The translations under genes were made by a program, and so were the position numbers. From NCBI GenBank assembly GCA_016432445.1, contig CP066689.1, positions 30,001 through 62,000 of the forward strand: a stretch of 32,000 nt of DNA. Direction: 5' to 3'. The DNA comes from Candidatus Saccharimonadota bacterium (GTDB taxonomy: Bacteria; Patescibacteriota; Microgenomatia; UBA1406; GWC2-37-13). Positions 7,588-15,333 of the stretch are shown here, piece after piece. Positions within the stretch are counted from its first letter, which is position 1; each line of letters opens with the position of its first letter. Under the pieces are notes generated by a model. It ran no database searches and had not been told where the DNA came from. It saw nothing but the letters and a program-made list of their open reading frames with translations.

Positions 7588-7631
7588 AAGTATGCTCTAT
7601 TTTACCAAATTTTGCCTTTATATTTAGCATA

Positions 7632-8510
7632 TTAAGCAGCCTCTTGAAAAGTTTCACTGGAAGAGGCACGTCTTGATACAGAACAAATGAAGGAAACGGC
7701 ATTTTTCATCAAACTATCCATTCTAGACACTACTTTTAGTTTTTCCGGCAATGGCAATTGATCGTAAGGAACTGTTTTTTCTGTTGTACCATCTGGTTTT
7801 ATTAATATTCCATAATTTAAATAGACAAGTTCTTTGGCTCTATCAGCTATATTTTGTTTAAACCAATCTAGTTCAGCTAAAGTAAAAAATGATCTTCTAC
7901 CTGTAATTAACTGCAGTGCTCCTTCTGCCCCAGTAAATCTGTTCATTTTTAAACGATTGCTAGAATAAAAGTCATTAAATCCAGGATGTAACTGATCCAT
8001 TAGAGTTCTCCATCCTCTCCTATCCATTGCATGATCAGTTATTGTATCTGTTATAACTGGCCCTTCAAGATAATCTAGTAAAATTTTAGTTTGCGATTTG
8101 GCGAGAGCACCTTTATCCTTATAAGCTGCCTCAAAATTATAGTTATTGATCATTTTTCTAAACTCATCTATGTCTGGTAAAAACTCGATTTTTTCAACAA
8201 CGCCAAGATCAGGATAATGATTTAAAAAGCTCTTAACCATCTCAACCTGATCCACCTTGCCTTTTGTTGTTTTCATCTTGGCTAAAATCTTATTAACAAT
8301 TGACTTAATCTCATTTCCTTCTCTATCAGCTAAAACACATTGGCTATTACGAAAATTCTCTGGTTTATACCTCCCTAAAATTTCTGTAAAGTCTTGCCAG
8401 CTATTAATAGTCTCTGCATGATCAGGAATCGGTTCAACCTTGTCAACCGCAGTATGAGGATTAGTTTTCCCAATAAGAGCTGTTGTTTCTACTGCACTGA
8501 TTGTTGACAT
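7632..8510 (-). CDS. Hypothetical protein (292 aa, no TM segment, no motif I recognise)
   Basis: This is a long uninterrupted ORF with coding-like composition. No recognisable family signature was found. Confidence 0.5.
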   Translation of the reverse strand: MSTISAVETTALIGKTNPHTAVDKVEPIPDHAETINSWQDFTEILGRYKPENFRNSQCVLADREGNEIKSIVNKILAKMKTTKGKVDQVEMVKSFLNHYPDLGVVEKIEFLPDIDEFRKMINNYNFEAAYKDKGALAKSQTKILLDYLEGPVITDTITDHAMDRRGWRTLMDQLHPGFNDFYSSNRLKMNRFTGAEGALQLITGRRSFFTLAELDWFKQNIADRAKELVYLNYGILIKPDGTTEKTVPYDQLPLPEKLKVVSRMDSLMKNAVSFICSVSRRASSSETFQEAA

Positions 8511-8630
8511 AAGATAAAAATATTAATTCTTTATACGGTAATTCTACCAGATCAATAATTTTTCCAATAAGATATCATCTAATGATTTTACTAAACAAGC
8601 AATGTTTTTAATTTACTATATAATGGATGA

Positions 8631-9773
8631 ATGAGTATTTTTATACTCCTTGTTTTCTGGAAGATTTTTAATCTTCTAACTGCTTATCTTGCCCCTTATT
8701 TCATATCTTATCTTGGTTTTTTTCCTTATAAAGAATTTTTCAAATGGTCCAATCTGCCATATTTTGTAGAATCATTCGCCAACTTCGACGGACTTCATTA
8801 TATTGTCATTGCCTATCAAGGTTATCTGGTTTACAACCAGGTATTTTTTCCTCTTTACCCTCTTCTTATCAGAGGCCTTAATTTTTTCCTTCATGATTAT
8901 TTATTATCGGGTCTTTTAATCTCAAATCTTTCTTTTGTATTGGCAATATTAATCTTTAAAAAATATTTAACTAATTTAAAAATATCTTCCAAAAATAGTT
9001 TTTGGATCATTTTGGTAACATTAAGTTTCCCAACGGCTTTTTTCTTTGGCGCTTTATACACCGAAGGCCTTTTCTTTCTTTTATTTATTTCCGCCCTCTA
9101 TTTTTTGCAAAAGAAAAATTATTGGGCTGTTATATTTTTTTCCATTTTAACAGCATTAACCAAATTTATCGGTGTATTTCTTTTTGTTCCTTTTGCAATA
9201 ATTTTATTCTTTGAATATTTTGAAAAAAGAAAATATCTTAAAAAACCTATTTTGTTTTTGGTTATAGTCTCACCAATAATTGGCTTCTTGATTTATGGAT
9301 TTTATCTTTTTCAAACCACCGGAGATTTTTTCTATTTTTTCCGTTCTCAGGAAGCTTTTGCTGGCAGATCTTTAAACTTTGTTCCTTTATTTCAAGTTTA
9401 CTACCGCTACTTTAAAATATTAATTATCAATCCTCATAACTATTCTTATTTTATCTCTCTTTTTGAATTTGCGGTATTTAATTTAGTATTTGCGGTTTTG
9501 ATAGCCGATCTTTATAAACTCATTAAGAAAAAAATATATATCCATCGATCTTACAGATTGGCTCTTAATTTCTTCTCTTTCATAAACTTAATTATTCCCA
9601 CTTTCACAGGTACGCTTGCTTCAATCCCCCGCTATGCTCTTTTTTCTCTATCCTTTTTCTTTTTTCTATCGGAAATTAAACAAACTTGGCTAAAGATTGG
9701 ATTAGTGATCTTATTTTTGATTCTTCAGGCAGTTTTCTTGGCCTTTTTCATCCAGGGTTATTTTGTCAGTTAA
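8631..9773 (+). CDS. Polytopic membrane protein, GT-C-fold glycosyl/mannosyltransferase-like (PIG-V/GT76-like)
   Basis: About 10 hydrophobic helices are visible. The first-loop motif FANFDGLHYIVIAYQGY resembles the W/F-D-x-x-x-Y-x-x-I-A-x-x-G-Y motif of PIG-V-type mannosyltransferases. Confidence 0.5.
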   Translation: MSIFILLVFWKIFNLLTAYLAPYFISYLGFFPYKEFFKWSNLPYFVESFANFDGLHYIVIAYQGYLVYNQVFFPLYPLLIRGLNFFLHDYLLSGLLISNLSFVLAILIFKKYLTNLKISSKNSFWIILVTLSFPTAFFFGALYTEGLFFLLFISALYFLQKKNYWAVIFFSILTALTKFIGVFLFVPFAIILFFEYFEKRKYLKKPILFLVIVSPIIGFLIYGFYLFQTTGDFFYFFRSQEAFAGRSLNFVPLFQVYYRYFKILIINPHNYSYFISLFEFAVFNLVFAVLIADLYKLIKKKIYIHRSYRLALNFFSFINLIIPTFTGTLASIPRYALFSLSFFFFLSEIKQTWLKIGLVILFLILQAVFLAFFIQGYFVS

Positions 9774-9783
9774 ATATCTCTAC

Positions 9784-9825
9784 TGTCATTTCTCCCCCTC
9801 GACTTCGCTCAGGGTCGAAATGACA
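9784..9825. repeat. Hairpin element tgtcatttc...gaaatgaca with a GC-rich core
   Basis: The 9-bp stem pairs 9784-9792 with 9817-9825. The core ccct-cgacttcgctc-aggg resembles the GC-rich inserts inside the FNR-like gene. There is no flanking T-run, so it is not a canonical terminator. Confidence 0.5.
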
Positions 9826-9861
9826 AAAAGTCAGAATTGAAGTATAATTAAAATTCTTTAT

Positions 9862-9934
9862 GGGCCTGTAGCTCAATTGGCGGAGCGTCTGGCTGGCAGT
9901 CAGAAGGTTAGGGGTTCGACCCCCCTCAGGTCCA
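9862..9934 (+). tRNA. tRNA-Ala (anticodon GGC)
   Basis: Manual cloverleaf: acceptor GGGCCTG/CAGGTCC with the G3:U70 alanine identity pair, D arm GCTC-AATTGGCG-GAGC, anticodon arm TCTGG-CTGGCAG-TCAGA (34-36 = GGC), T arm AGGGG-TTCGACC-CCCCT, discriminator A. No CCA is encoded. Confidence 0.85.
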
Positions 9935-10059
9935 CCCTTCGCCAGATACTAGTCAGTACCTGGCTTCGGATTGGCACAGCCGCCTTGAAGACAGACAACT
10001 AAAATTTTCATCAAGAAGGGTGTCCCTAACGTATCCCGCCATAGGCGGGAGAAGTGGGG

Positions 10060-10359
10060 CTATTTTCTTATCTCAAACGCTTCAAGAATTTCTTTTGGTT
10101 CTTGGATAAAGATCTCAACATCATCAACCCGTGCCACTGACGGTCCTTCTTTTAAAACCTCTGCCATTTTTTCAACGTTTTCTTTCTCTCCTTGGATTAA
10201 GGCTTCAACTCCACCTGAATTACCAAAAATATCAGGTTTATCATAAACATTCCTCACCCAACCATTAACTTTAACAATCTTCGCCTGAATCTTTGTCCAA
10301 GCTCTAAAACCAACCCCTATAACATCACCTTTAATGTAGACATGAATTTGAGTTAACAT
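10060..10359 (-). CDS. acyP: Acylphosphatase
   Basis: VYIKGDVIGVGFRAWTKIQA....VNGWVRN......GGVEALIQGE.ENVEKM...L.EGP..ARVDDV matches the acylphosphatase signatures (V.G.VQGVGFR; GWV.N). The start is taken at MLTQIHV (10359). The 10422 start reads through a repeat and palindrome. Confidence 0.85.
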   Translation of the reverse strand: MLTQIHVYIKGDVIGVGFRAWTKIQAKIVKVNGWVRNVYDKPDIFGNSGGVEALIQGEKENVEKMAEVLKEGPSVARVDDVEIFIQEPKEILEAFEIRK

Positions 10360-10370
10360 AAATAAGTTTA

Positions 10371-10518
10371 ATCTAAATGTCAAAATCCAAATGTCAAACC
10401 TGCCTGCCGGCAGGCAGGTCAAATCCCAAGTCTAAATGACAAATGTCAAATGAATGTTTGAAATTTGGATTTTAAATTTTGGATTTCATTTGTTATTTGG
10501 ACTTTGACATTTGGATTT
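10371..10518. repeat. A-type heptamer-periodic inverted repeat enclosing a GC palindrome
   Basis: atctaaatgtcaaaatccaaatgtcaa [palindrome] caaatcccaagtctaaatgacaaatgtcaaatga / tttgaaatttggattttaaattttggatttcatttgttatttggactttgacatttggattt. Confidence 0.65.
10398..10419 (-). terminator. Perfect 22-bp GC-rich palindrome, candidate intrinsic terminator of the upstream (minus-strand) TPR gene
   Basis: acctgcctgccggcaggcaggt is its own reverse complement. On the minus strand it is followed by TTGACATTTGGATTTTG. Confidence 0.4.
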
Positions 10519-10519
10519 A

Positions 10520-10999
10520 TTATTTAATTGTTGGGTCTATTTCCTTTGCTTTCTCAAGATAAAACTGCGCCTGTTTTTTACTACCTTGCGTTTCGTAAAG
10601 CTTTGACAAGGCCAGATTAATGTCTCTCGATTTCGGGTTTTTGTTAAGGGCTGACTCTAAACGTTCTATCTCCTGTTTTCTATGGAAATAATCCTTGTTT
10701 ACCTCCGCTTTTATCTTACTCCCATAATTATCTAATGCCATAATCAGATAATTTCCATACTCCGGCAAAACCTGTATTTTCCTTAAAAACTCAACCGTCG
10801 CATTCTTATCTTCAACGCCAATGATGCTGGGATTAAAAATCTTAAAATACAAAGAGCTCACGGCTTGCGAAGCCACGATATTTTTGTATAATAGTATCAT
10901 AAGGATTGATAATCCCAGTATCTTGAGATTAAAAAAAGCAAAGTCAAGTAAGGATTGTTTGACACTCTGTTTTATAACTTCCTGTATTTTTTTTCGCAT
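10520..10999 (-). CDS. Membrane-anchored TPR-like protein
   Basis: One N-terminal TM segment is present (FAFFNLKILGLSILMILLY). The C-terminus LALSKLYETQGSKKQAQFYLEKAKEIDP is a typical TPR unit. Confidence 0.5.
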   Translation of the reverse strand: MRKKIQEVIKQSVKQSLLDFAFFNLKILGLSILMILLYKNIVASQAVSSLYFKIFNPSIIGVEDKNATVEFLRKIQVLPEYGNYLIMALDNYGSKIKAEVNKDYFHRKQEIERLESALNKNPKSRDINLALSKLYETQGSKKQAQFYLEKAKEIDPTIK

Positions 11000-11010
11000 A
11001 GGTAAATCAA

Positions 11011-11073
11011 TTTTCGATATTCGACATTCGATGTTGGACTATTGAAGATCTAAGATCGAATATCAAAGATCTT
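11011..11073. repeat. B-type-related repeat (tcgatat/tcgacat/agatcta units) in the divergent region upstream of the ATPase
   Basis: The sequence is ttttcgatattcgacattcgatgttggactattgaagatctaagatcgaatatcaaagatctt. Confidence 0.5.
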
Positions 11074-11096
11074 ATTAGTATTATATACTTTTTTGT

Positions 11097-13451
11097 ATGG
11101 ATGCTATTTCTTTTCAAATCATAATTGACAGGATTATAACTCTGCTTTTAGCATTAGCTGCGGCCATCCTTGCCATCAGCCTTACCGCTGTCTTTATATA
11201 TCTTATTCTTATCTATCTAAGGCTTAGGAAAAGAGAACAGATCTCTTTGGAGATGGTCACTCTTGAGGTTAAACTTCAAAAAGATAATGAGATCAAGATT
11301 GATGCCGCTGACCAAATGTTTGCTTCATTTGCCTCTCTTAAAAAAAGCGGTTGGTTTTCCTTTATGGATCTTGATGATGTGATTGCTTTTGAGATTGTCG
11401 GTAAAAAGGCTGATATCCGTTTTTATGTCTCAGCCCCTTCACGCATTGTTGATCTGGTTGAAAAAACAATTTACGGCTATTATCCTACAGCTGATATTAA
11501 AAAAGTTGATGAACCTAATATTTTTACTGAGAATGGAAAAGTAGCCTTCGGAGGACTATATCAAAAAGAAACTCCTTATATGCCCCTTAAAGTTTATAAA
11601 GATATTCCGACAGACCCTTTAGCTGGCATAACTTCAACTTTATCTAAGATGAATGATGGAGAAGGAGCTATCATCCAAATTCTTATAAGACCAAGTCATG
11701 CTAAATGGAAAAAAATAGGTAAAGCTTATGTTGCCTCAACCAAAAAAAATGAAGCCACTCCTGAAAAAGCAACTTTTAAAACTGATCAAAAAGTGCTGGA
11801 AAGAATTGATGATAAATCTTCCAAGCCGGGATTTGAAACAACCATCAATTTTGTCGTATCGTCTCAATCAAAAGAAATGGCTGATACTCACTTAAGAAAT
11901 ATTAAGTCTGCTTTTTCTCAGTTTAATTCCGATTTAAACAGCTTAAAAAACACCCGCATATTTTTAAAAGGAGGCTTCATGATTAACTTTATCTATAAAT
12001 TCTTTTCAGTAGTTCAATTGCCTTTCTCCAGATCAATTTCAATTTTTTCCTCAGATGAACTGGCCTCGCTTTTCCATTTCCCCAATAAAACTATTGAAAC
12101 ACCTCACATCCAGTGGCTTAAAGCCAAGACAGCGCCCGTGCCAGCTGAAGTACCTCAGTTTGAGGGAACTTTTATCGGTTACGGCTATTACCGCGGAGTC
12201 AAACGGCCGGTAAGCATTGATTTTGAAGACCGCAGACGTCATGTTTATATAATTGGGAAAACCGGTGTTGGAAAATCAGAACTTTTGAAAGAAATGATTA
12301 AACAGGATATCAAAGCCGGTCACGGAGTCTGCGTTATTGACCCGCACGGAGACTTAATTGATGATACTGTCAAGTTTATTCCACCGGAACGTGCTGAAGA
12401 TGTTATTTATTTTGATCCTTCAGATACCGAACGGCCTATGGGTCTAAATCTTCTGGAAGCTAATACTGAAGAACAAAAACATTTTATGACTACAGCTATC
12501 ATCAACCTTATGTACAAGCTTTATGACCCTCAAAGAACCGGTATTATCGGCCCGCGTTTTGAACATGCAGTAAGAAACGCTATGCTTACGGTCATGTCGG
12601 AACCAGGTTCAACTTTTATTGAAATTGTCAGAGTTTTGACTGATCAAAAATTTGTCCAGGAACTTTTGCCTAAAGTCCAAGACCCTATTATCAGAAGATA
12701 TTGGACAGACCAGATTGCCCAAACTTCAGATTTTCACAAATCAGAAGTTTTAGATTATATCGTCTCCAAGTTTGGCCGCTTCGTTACCAACAAAACTATG
12801 AGAAATATCATCGGCCAGTCAAAGAGCGCTTTTGATTTTAGAAAAGTCATGGATGAAGGGAAAATCCTTTTGATTAATCTTTCCAAAGGAAAACTTGGTG
12901 AAGAAAACTCAAGCTTTTTGGGATTAGTTCTTATTCCAAAAATCCTTGTTGCCGCTATGAGCCGCCAGGAAATACCTGAGTCCGACCGCCGTGATTTTTT
13001 TCTTTATGTTGATGAGTTCCAAAACTTTGCTACCCCTGATTTTGCTACGATTCTTTCCGAGGCAAGAAAATACCGGCTTAACCTGACCGTTGCTAACCAG
13101 TTTATCGGACAGATGGACGAGGAAGTAAAGAATGCTATTTTTGGTAATGTCGGTACTCAAATTTCTTTCCGTGTCGGCGTCACCGATGCCTCTTATTTAC
13201 AAAGAGAATTTCAGCCGGTTTTCAACGAAGCTGACTTAATCAATGTTGAAAGATTTCATGCTTATATGAAAACTAATGTAAAAAATGATCCTGTCCCACC
13301 TTTTTCAGTTGATATGACCAAAGATATTGCTAAAATTAAAGCCGAAGAAAACAGCAAAATTGCCCAAGCGGTCATTCAGCTCTCCCGCCTTAAACACGGC
13401 CGCCCAAGAGAACTGATTGAAGCCGAAATCACCCAACGCGCAAGATTATAA
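11097..13451 (+). CDS. Membrane-anchored P-loop ATPase of the VirD4/TraD/TraG (FtsK-HerA superfamily) coupling-protein type
   Basis: An N-terminal TM hairpin is followed by a ~330-aa uncharacterised domain. Then come Walker A IIGKTGVGKS (nt 12255-12278), VIDPHGDL, Walker B FFLYVDEFQNF (around nt 13008-13020) and NQF..Q. Confidence 0.7.
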   Translation: MDAISFQIIIDRIITLLLALAAAILAISLTAVFIYLILIYLRLRKREQISLEMVTLEVKLQKDNEIKIDAADQMFASFASLKKSGWFSFMDLDDVIAFEIVGKKADIRFYVSAPSRIVDLVEKTIYGYYPTADIKKVDEPNIFTENGKVAFGGLYQKETPYMPLKVYKDIPTDPLAGITSTLSKMNDGEGAIIQILIRPSHAKWKKIGKAYVASTKKNEATPEKATFKTDQKVLERIDDKSSKPGFETTINFVVSSQSKEMADTHLRNIKSAFSQFNSDLNSLKNTRIFLKGGFMINFIYKFFSVVQLPFSRSISIFSSDELASLFHFPNKTIETPHIQWLKAKTAPVPAEVPQFEGTFIGYGYYRGVKRPVSIDFEDRRRHVYIIGKTGVGKSELLKEMIKQDIKAGHGVCVIDPHGDLIDDTVKFIPPERAEDVIYFDPSDTERPMGLNLLEANTEEQKHFMTTAIINLMYKLYDPQRTGIIGPRFEHAVRNAMLTVMSEPGSTFIEIVRVLTDQKFVQELLPKVQDPIIRRYWTDQIAQTSDFHKSEVLDYIVSKFGRFVTNKTMRNIIGQSKSAFDFRKVMDEGKILLINLSKGKLGEENSSFLGLVLIPKILVAAMSRQEIPESDRRDFFLYVDEFQNFATPDFATILSEARKYRLNLTVANQFIGQMDEEVKNAIFGNVGTQISFRVGVTDASYLQREFQPVFNEADLINVERFHAYMKTNVKNDPVPPFSVDMTKDIAKIKAEENSKIAQAVIQLSRLKHGRPRELIEAEITQRARL

Positions 13452-13454
13452 AAT

Positions 13455-13538
13455 AAATCCAAATGTCAAAATCCAAAGCTCAAATGTCAAATTTCAAATG
13501 TCAAAAAGTTTGTAATTTGAAATTTGGATTTTGGATTT
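13455..13538. repeat. A-type heptamer-periodic inverted repeat
   Basis: The left arm has 7 heptamers: tccaaat gtcaaaa tccaaag ctcaaat gtcaaat ttcaaat gtcaaaa. The right arm is complementary: aatttga aatttgg attttgg attt. Confidence 0.7.
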
Positions 13539-13543
13539 AAATT

Positions 13544-14344
13544 ATGGTACAAACCTACAAATCTCATCTTTTATCCAAACAGCAGCTGACTCACAACGTC
13601 TATCTTTTCCGTTTTGGTTTAGATGAGCCCAACGAACTTATATTTACGCCTGGCCAGTATATGATTTTATTTGTCCCACAATCTGAAGATGAACCCGCTT
13701 CGCCTGGACTTCAGCGAGGCGAGCCAATTTGCAGGCTTTACTCAATTGCCTCCCTTGCCTCGCCGAATTCCGCCTTGGCGGGAGAAGGCGGGACCAATTC
13801 TTTTGAGCTTTTGATTGAGATTATACCCAACGGTCTGGCCTCAGAGTTTTTGCTGAAGCTTGACTCGGCAACAGAGGTTACTTTTCAAGGACCTGCCGGT
13901 CAGTTTACACTAGCCCAAAATAATAAAGACAAAGTCTTTATGGTTACCGGTACAGGTATTGCCCCAGTCCGCAGCATCCTCCTCACAGCACTCACAAACT
14001 CACAACCCACAACTCATAACTCATCACCCATCACCAACTACCAACTCCTCTGGGGTCTTCCCACTTTCAAAGACGTTTATTTTTTAGAAGAATTTAAACA
14101 ATTAGCGGCTGTACACTCTAATTTTACTTTTACTATCTGTCTTTCAAGAGAAACCAAGCTCAGCTCGATTCCTGAGGAAGACCGACAATTTTTTAAACTT
14201 GGCCATGTTAATGACAATATCCAGTTAGATTTAACCAACACTGATTATTATCTTTGCGGCTCACCCAAAGTTATTGAGTCTCTTAAGAGTTATCTTGCCG
14301 CAAATAACGTCGAACCAAATTCAATTATCTTCGAGAAGTTCTAA
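13544..14344 (+). CDS. FNR-like FAD/NAD(P)-binding oxidoreductase (ferredoxin reductase-type)
   Basis: FTPGQYM, the R-L-Y-S-I-A-S FAD motif (RxYS), GPAGQF, the MVTGTGIAPVRS NAD(P) motif and a C-terminal YLCGSP are present. The ORF contains three unusual in-frame low-complexity or GC-rich inserts. Confidence 0.75.
   Translation: MVQTYKSHLLSKQQLTHNVYLFRFGLDEPNELIFTPGQYMILFVPQSEDEPASPGLQRGEPICRLYSIASLASPNSALAGEGGTNSFELLIEIIPNGLASEFLLKLDSATEVTFQGPAGQFTLAQNNKDKVFMVTGTGIAPVRSILLTALTNSQPTTHNSSPITNYQLLWGLPTFKDVYFLEEFKQLAAVHSNFTFTICLSRETKLSSIPEEDRQFFKLGHVNDNIQLDLTNTDYYLCGSPKVIESLKSYLAANNVEPNSIIFEKF
13985..14050. repeat. C-type heptamer-periodic repeat (AC-rich) inside the FNR-like CDS
   Basis: The sequence is caaactc acaaccc acaactc ataactc atcaccc atcacca actacca actcctc. 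It translates as LTALTNSQPTTHNSSPITNYQL. Confidence 0.55.
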
Positions 14345-14346
14345 AT

Positions 14347-14432
14347 TAGATCTTAGATGTTAGATCTTGGATCTTAGAAATAAAACATCCAATATCGAAA
14401 ATCGAATGTCGAAGATCTAAGATCTCAGATCA
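14347..14432. repeat. B-type heptamer-periodic inverted repeat, likely a bidirectional terminator between convergent genes
   Basis: ttagatcttagatgttagatcttggatcttaga ... tcgaagatctaagatctcagatc is near-identical in arms to 314-398. Confidence 0.65.
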
Positions 14433-14439
14433 TAAATCA

Positions 14440-15246
14440 TTAAAAGCTTGTTACAAAAAAGTCTGAGGGTATCTGAGGATATGACTGGAAAAGCTGAACT
14501 CGTCTGGTAACCCCAGCTTGTGTTTTGGCTTCAGAGGAAATTATCTTGCCTTGAGTTTTAAGACTAGCTGATCCATCAAACCCAAGCCGTGTTCCGTTAC
14601 CTATTGCTCTTATTATCATCAGTTTAGCTTGAGCAGGCACAGTAATTGATGGACTAGTTCTACAGTTGTAAGCAATGTTTAATGATCCATCATTAATTGA
14701 AATAGGACTTGCTGAAATATCCAAACCTCTCTCTTCTGTATCAGAGGTTAAATTATCCCCTGTATCAGCTATATACCTAGTCAGTGTGTAGGTAGGAGAA
14801 ACCCCAGTCAATATACTTATTTCCAGCGCCATTAAACTACAACCCACTGAATCGCCATAATAAAGAGTAATATTGCCAATGTAAGGACTTCCGGCAAACG
14901 TGCCATTATAATAATCATCCAGATAAAAAGTATACTGCTGATCCTGGCTAACTCTCGCGGAATTAAACTTAGCAGGAACAGATACGCTAGCTATTGTTGT
15001 TTGTCCAGTAATGCCTGAACCAGACAAACTGGGAAGAGAATCCAAAACTACTGTTGCCGTACTTCCTGTTCCAAGCATTTGTTCTATACCGGCCTCAGCT
15101 GCAGCCAAAGCTTTTTGCGCTTCCTCCTCAAGTTTGGTTGTTTGAGTCTCAGTTATGCTTTTAAAGGTTATTGACATCACCACAGTTGAAACTGTAGCCA
15201 AAAGCATAATTACAATTAATAGCACCTGCCCTTTTTGGTTATTCAT
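14440..15246 (-). CDS. PilX_N-like type IV pilus minor pilin/assembly protein
   Basis: The N-terminus QKGQVLLIVIMLLATVSTVVMSITFKSI.ETQ......EAQKALAAAEAGIEQ matches the PilX N-terminal domain pattern (rG..Ll.al..l.vl..lg......e.......a..aAEaGle). Confidence 0.6.
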   Translation of the reverse strand: MNNQKGQVLLIVIMLLATVSTVVMSITFKSITETQTTKLEEEAQKALAAAEAGIEQMLGTGSTATVVLDSLPSLSGSGITGQTTIASVSVPAKFNSARVSQDQQYTFYLDDYYNGTFAGSPYIGNITLYYGDSVGCSLMALEISILTGVSPTYTLTRYIADTGDNLTSDTEERGLDISASPISINDGSLNIAYNCRTSPSITVPAQAKLMIIRAIGNGTRLGFDGSASLKTQGKIISSEAKTQAGVTRRVQLFQSYPQIPSDFFVTSF

Positions 15247-15251
15247 AAATT

Positions 15252-15332
15252 AAATCCAAAATCTAAATGATTTGAAATTTGATATTTGAAATTTGGATTT
15301 CATTTGACATTTGTAATTTGACATTTAGATTT
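15252..15332. repeat. A-type heptamer-periodic inverted repeat
   Basis: The sequence is aaatccaaaatctaaatga / tttgaaatttgatatttgaaatttggatttcatttgacatttgtaatttgacatttagattt. Confidence 0.65.
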
Positions 15333-15333
15333 A

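Noticed and set aside
9935-10059. tmRNA, SRP RNA or a second tRNA downstream of tRNA-Ala
   Set aside because: No tRNA-like acceptor/T-arm pairing, no resume-codon/tag ORF and no SRP domain IV-like motif could be found by eye. It is kept only as a low-interest unexplained GC-rich segment.
4078-15332. A-type and B-type repeat clusters as possible CRISPR arrays
   Set aside because: The repeat unit is only about 7 nt, degenerate and contiguous, with no unique spacers. The arms are inverted rather than direct. No cas genes are present.
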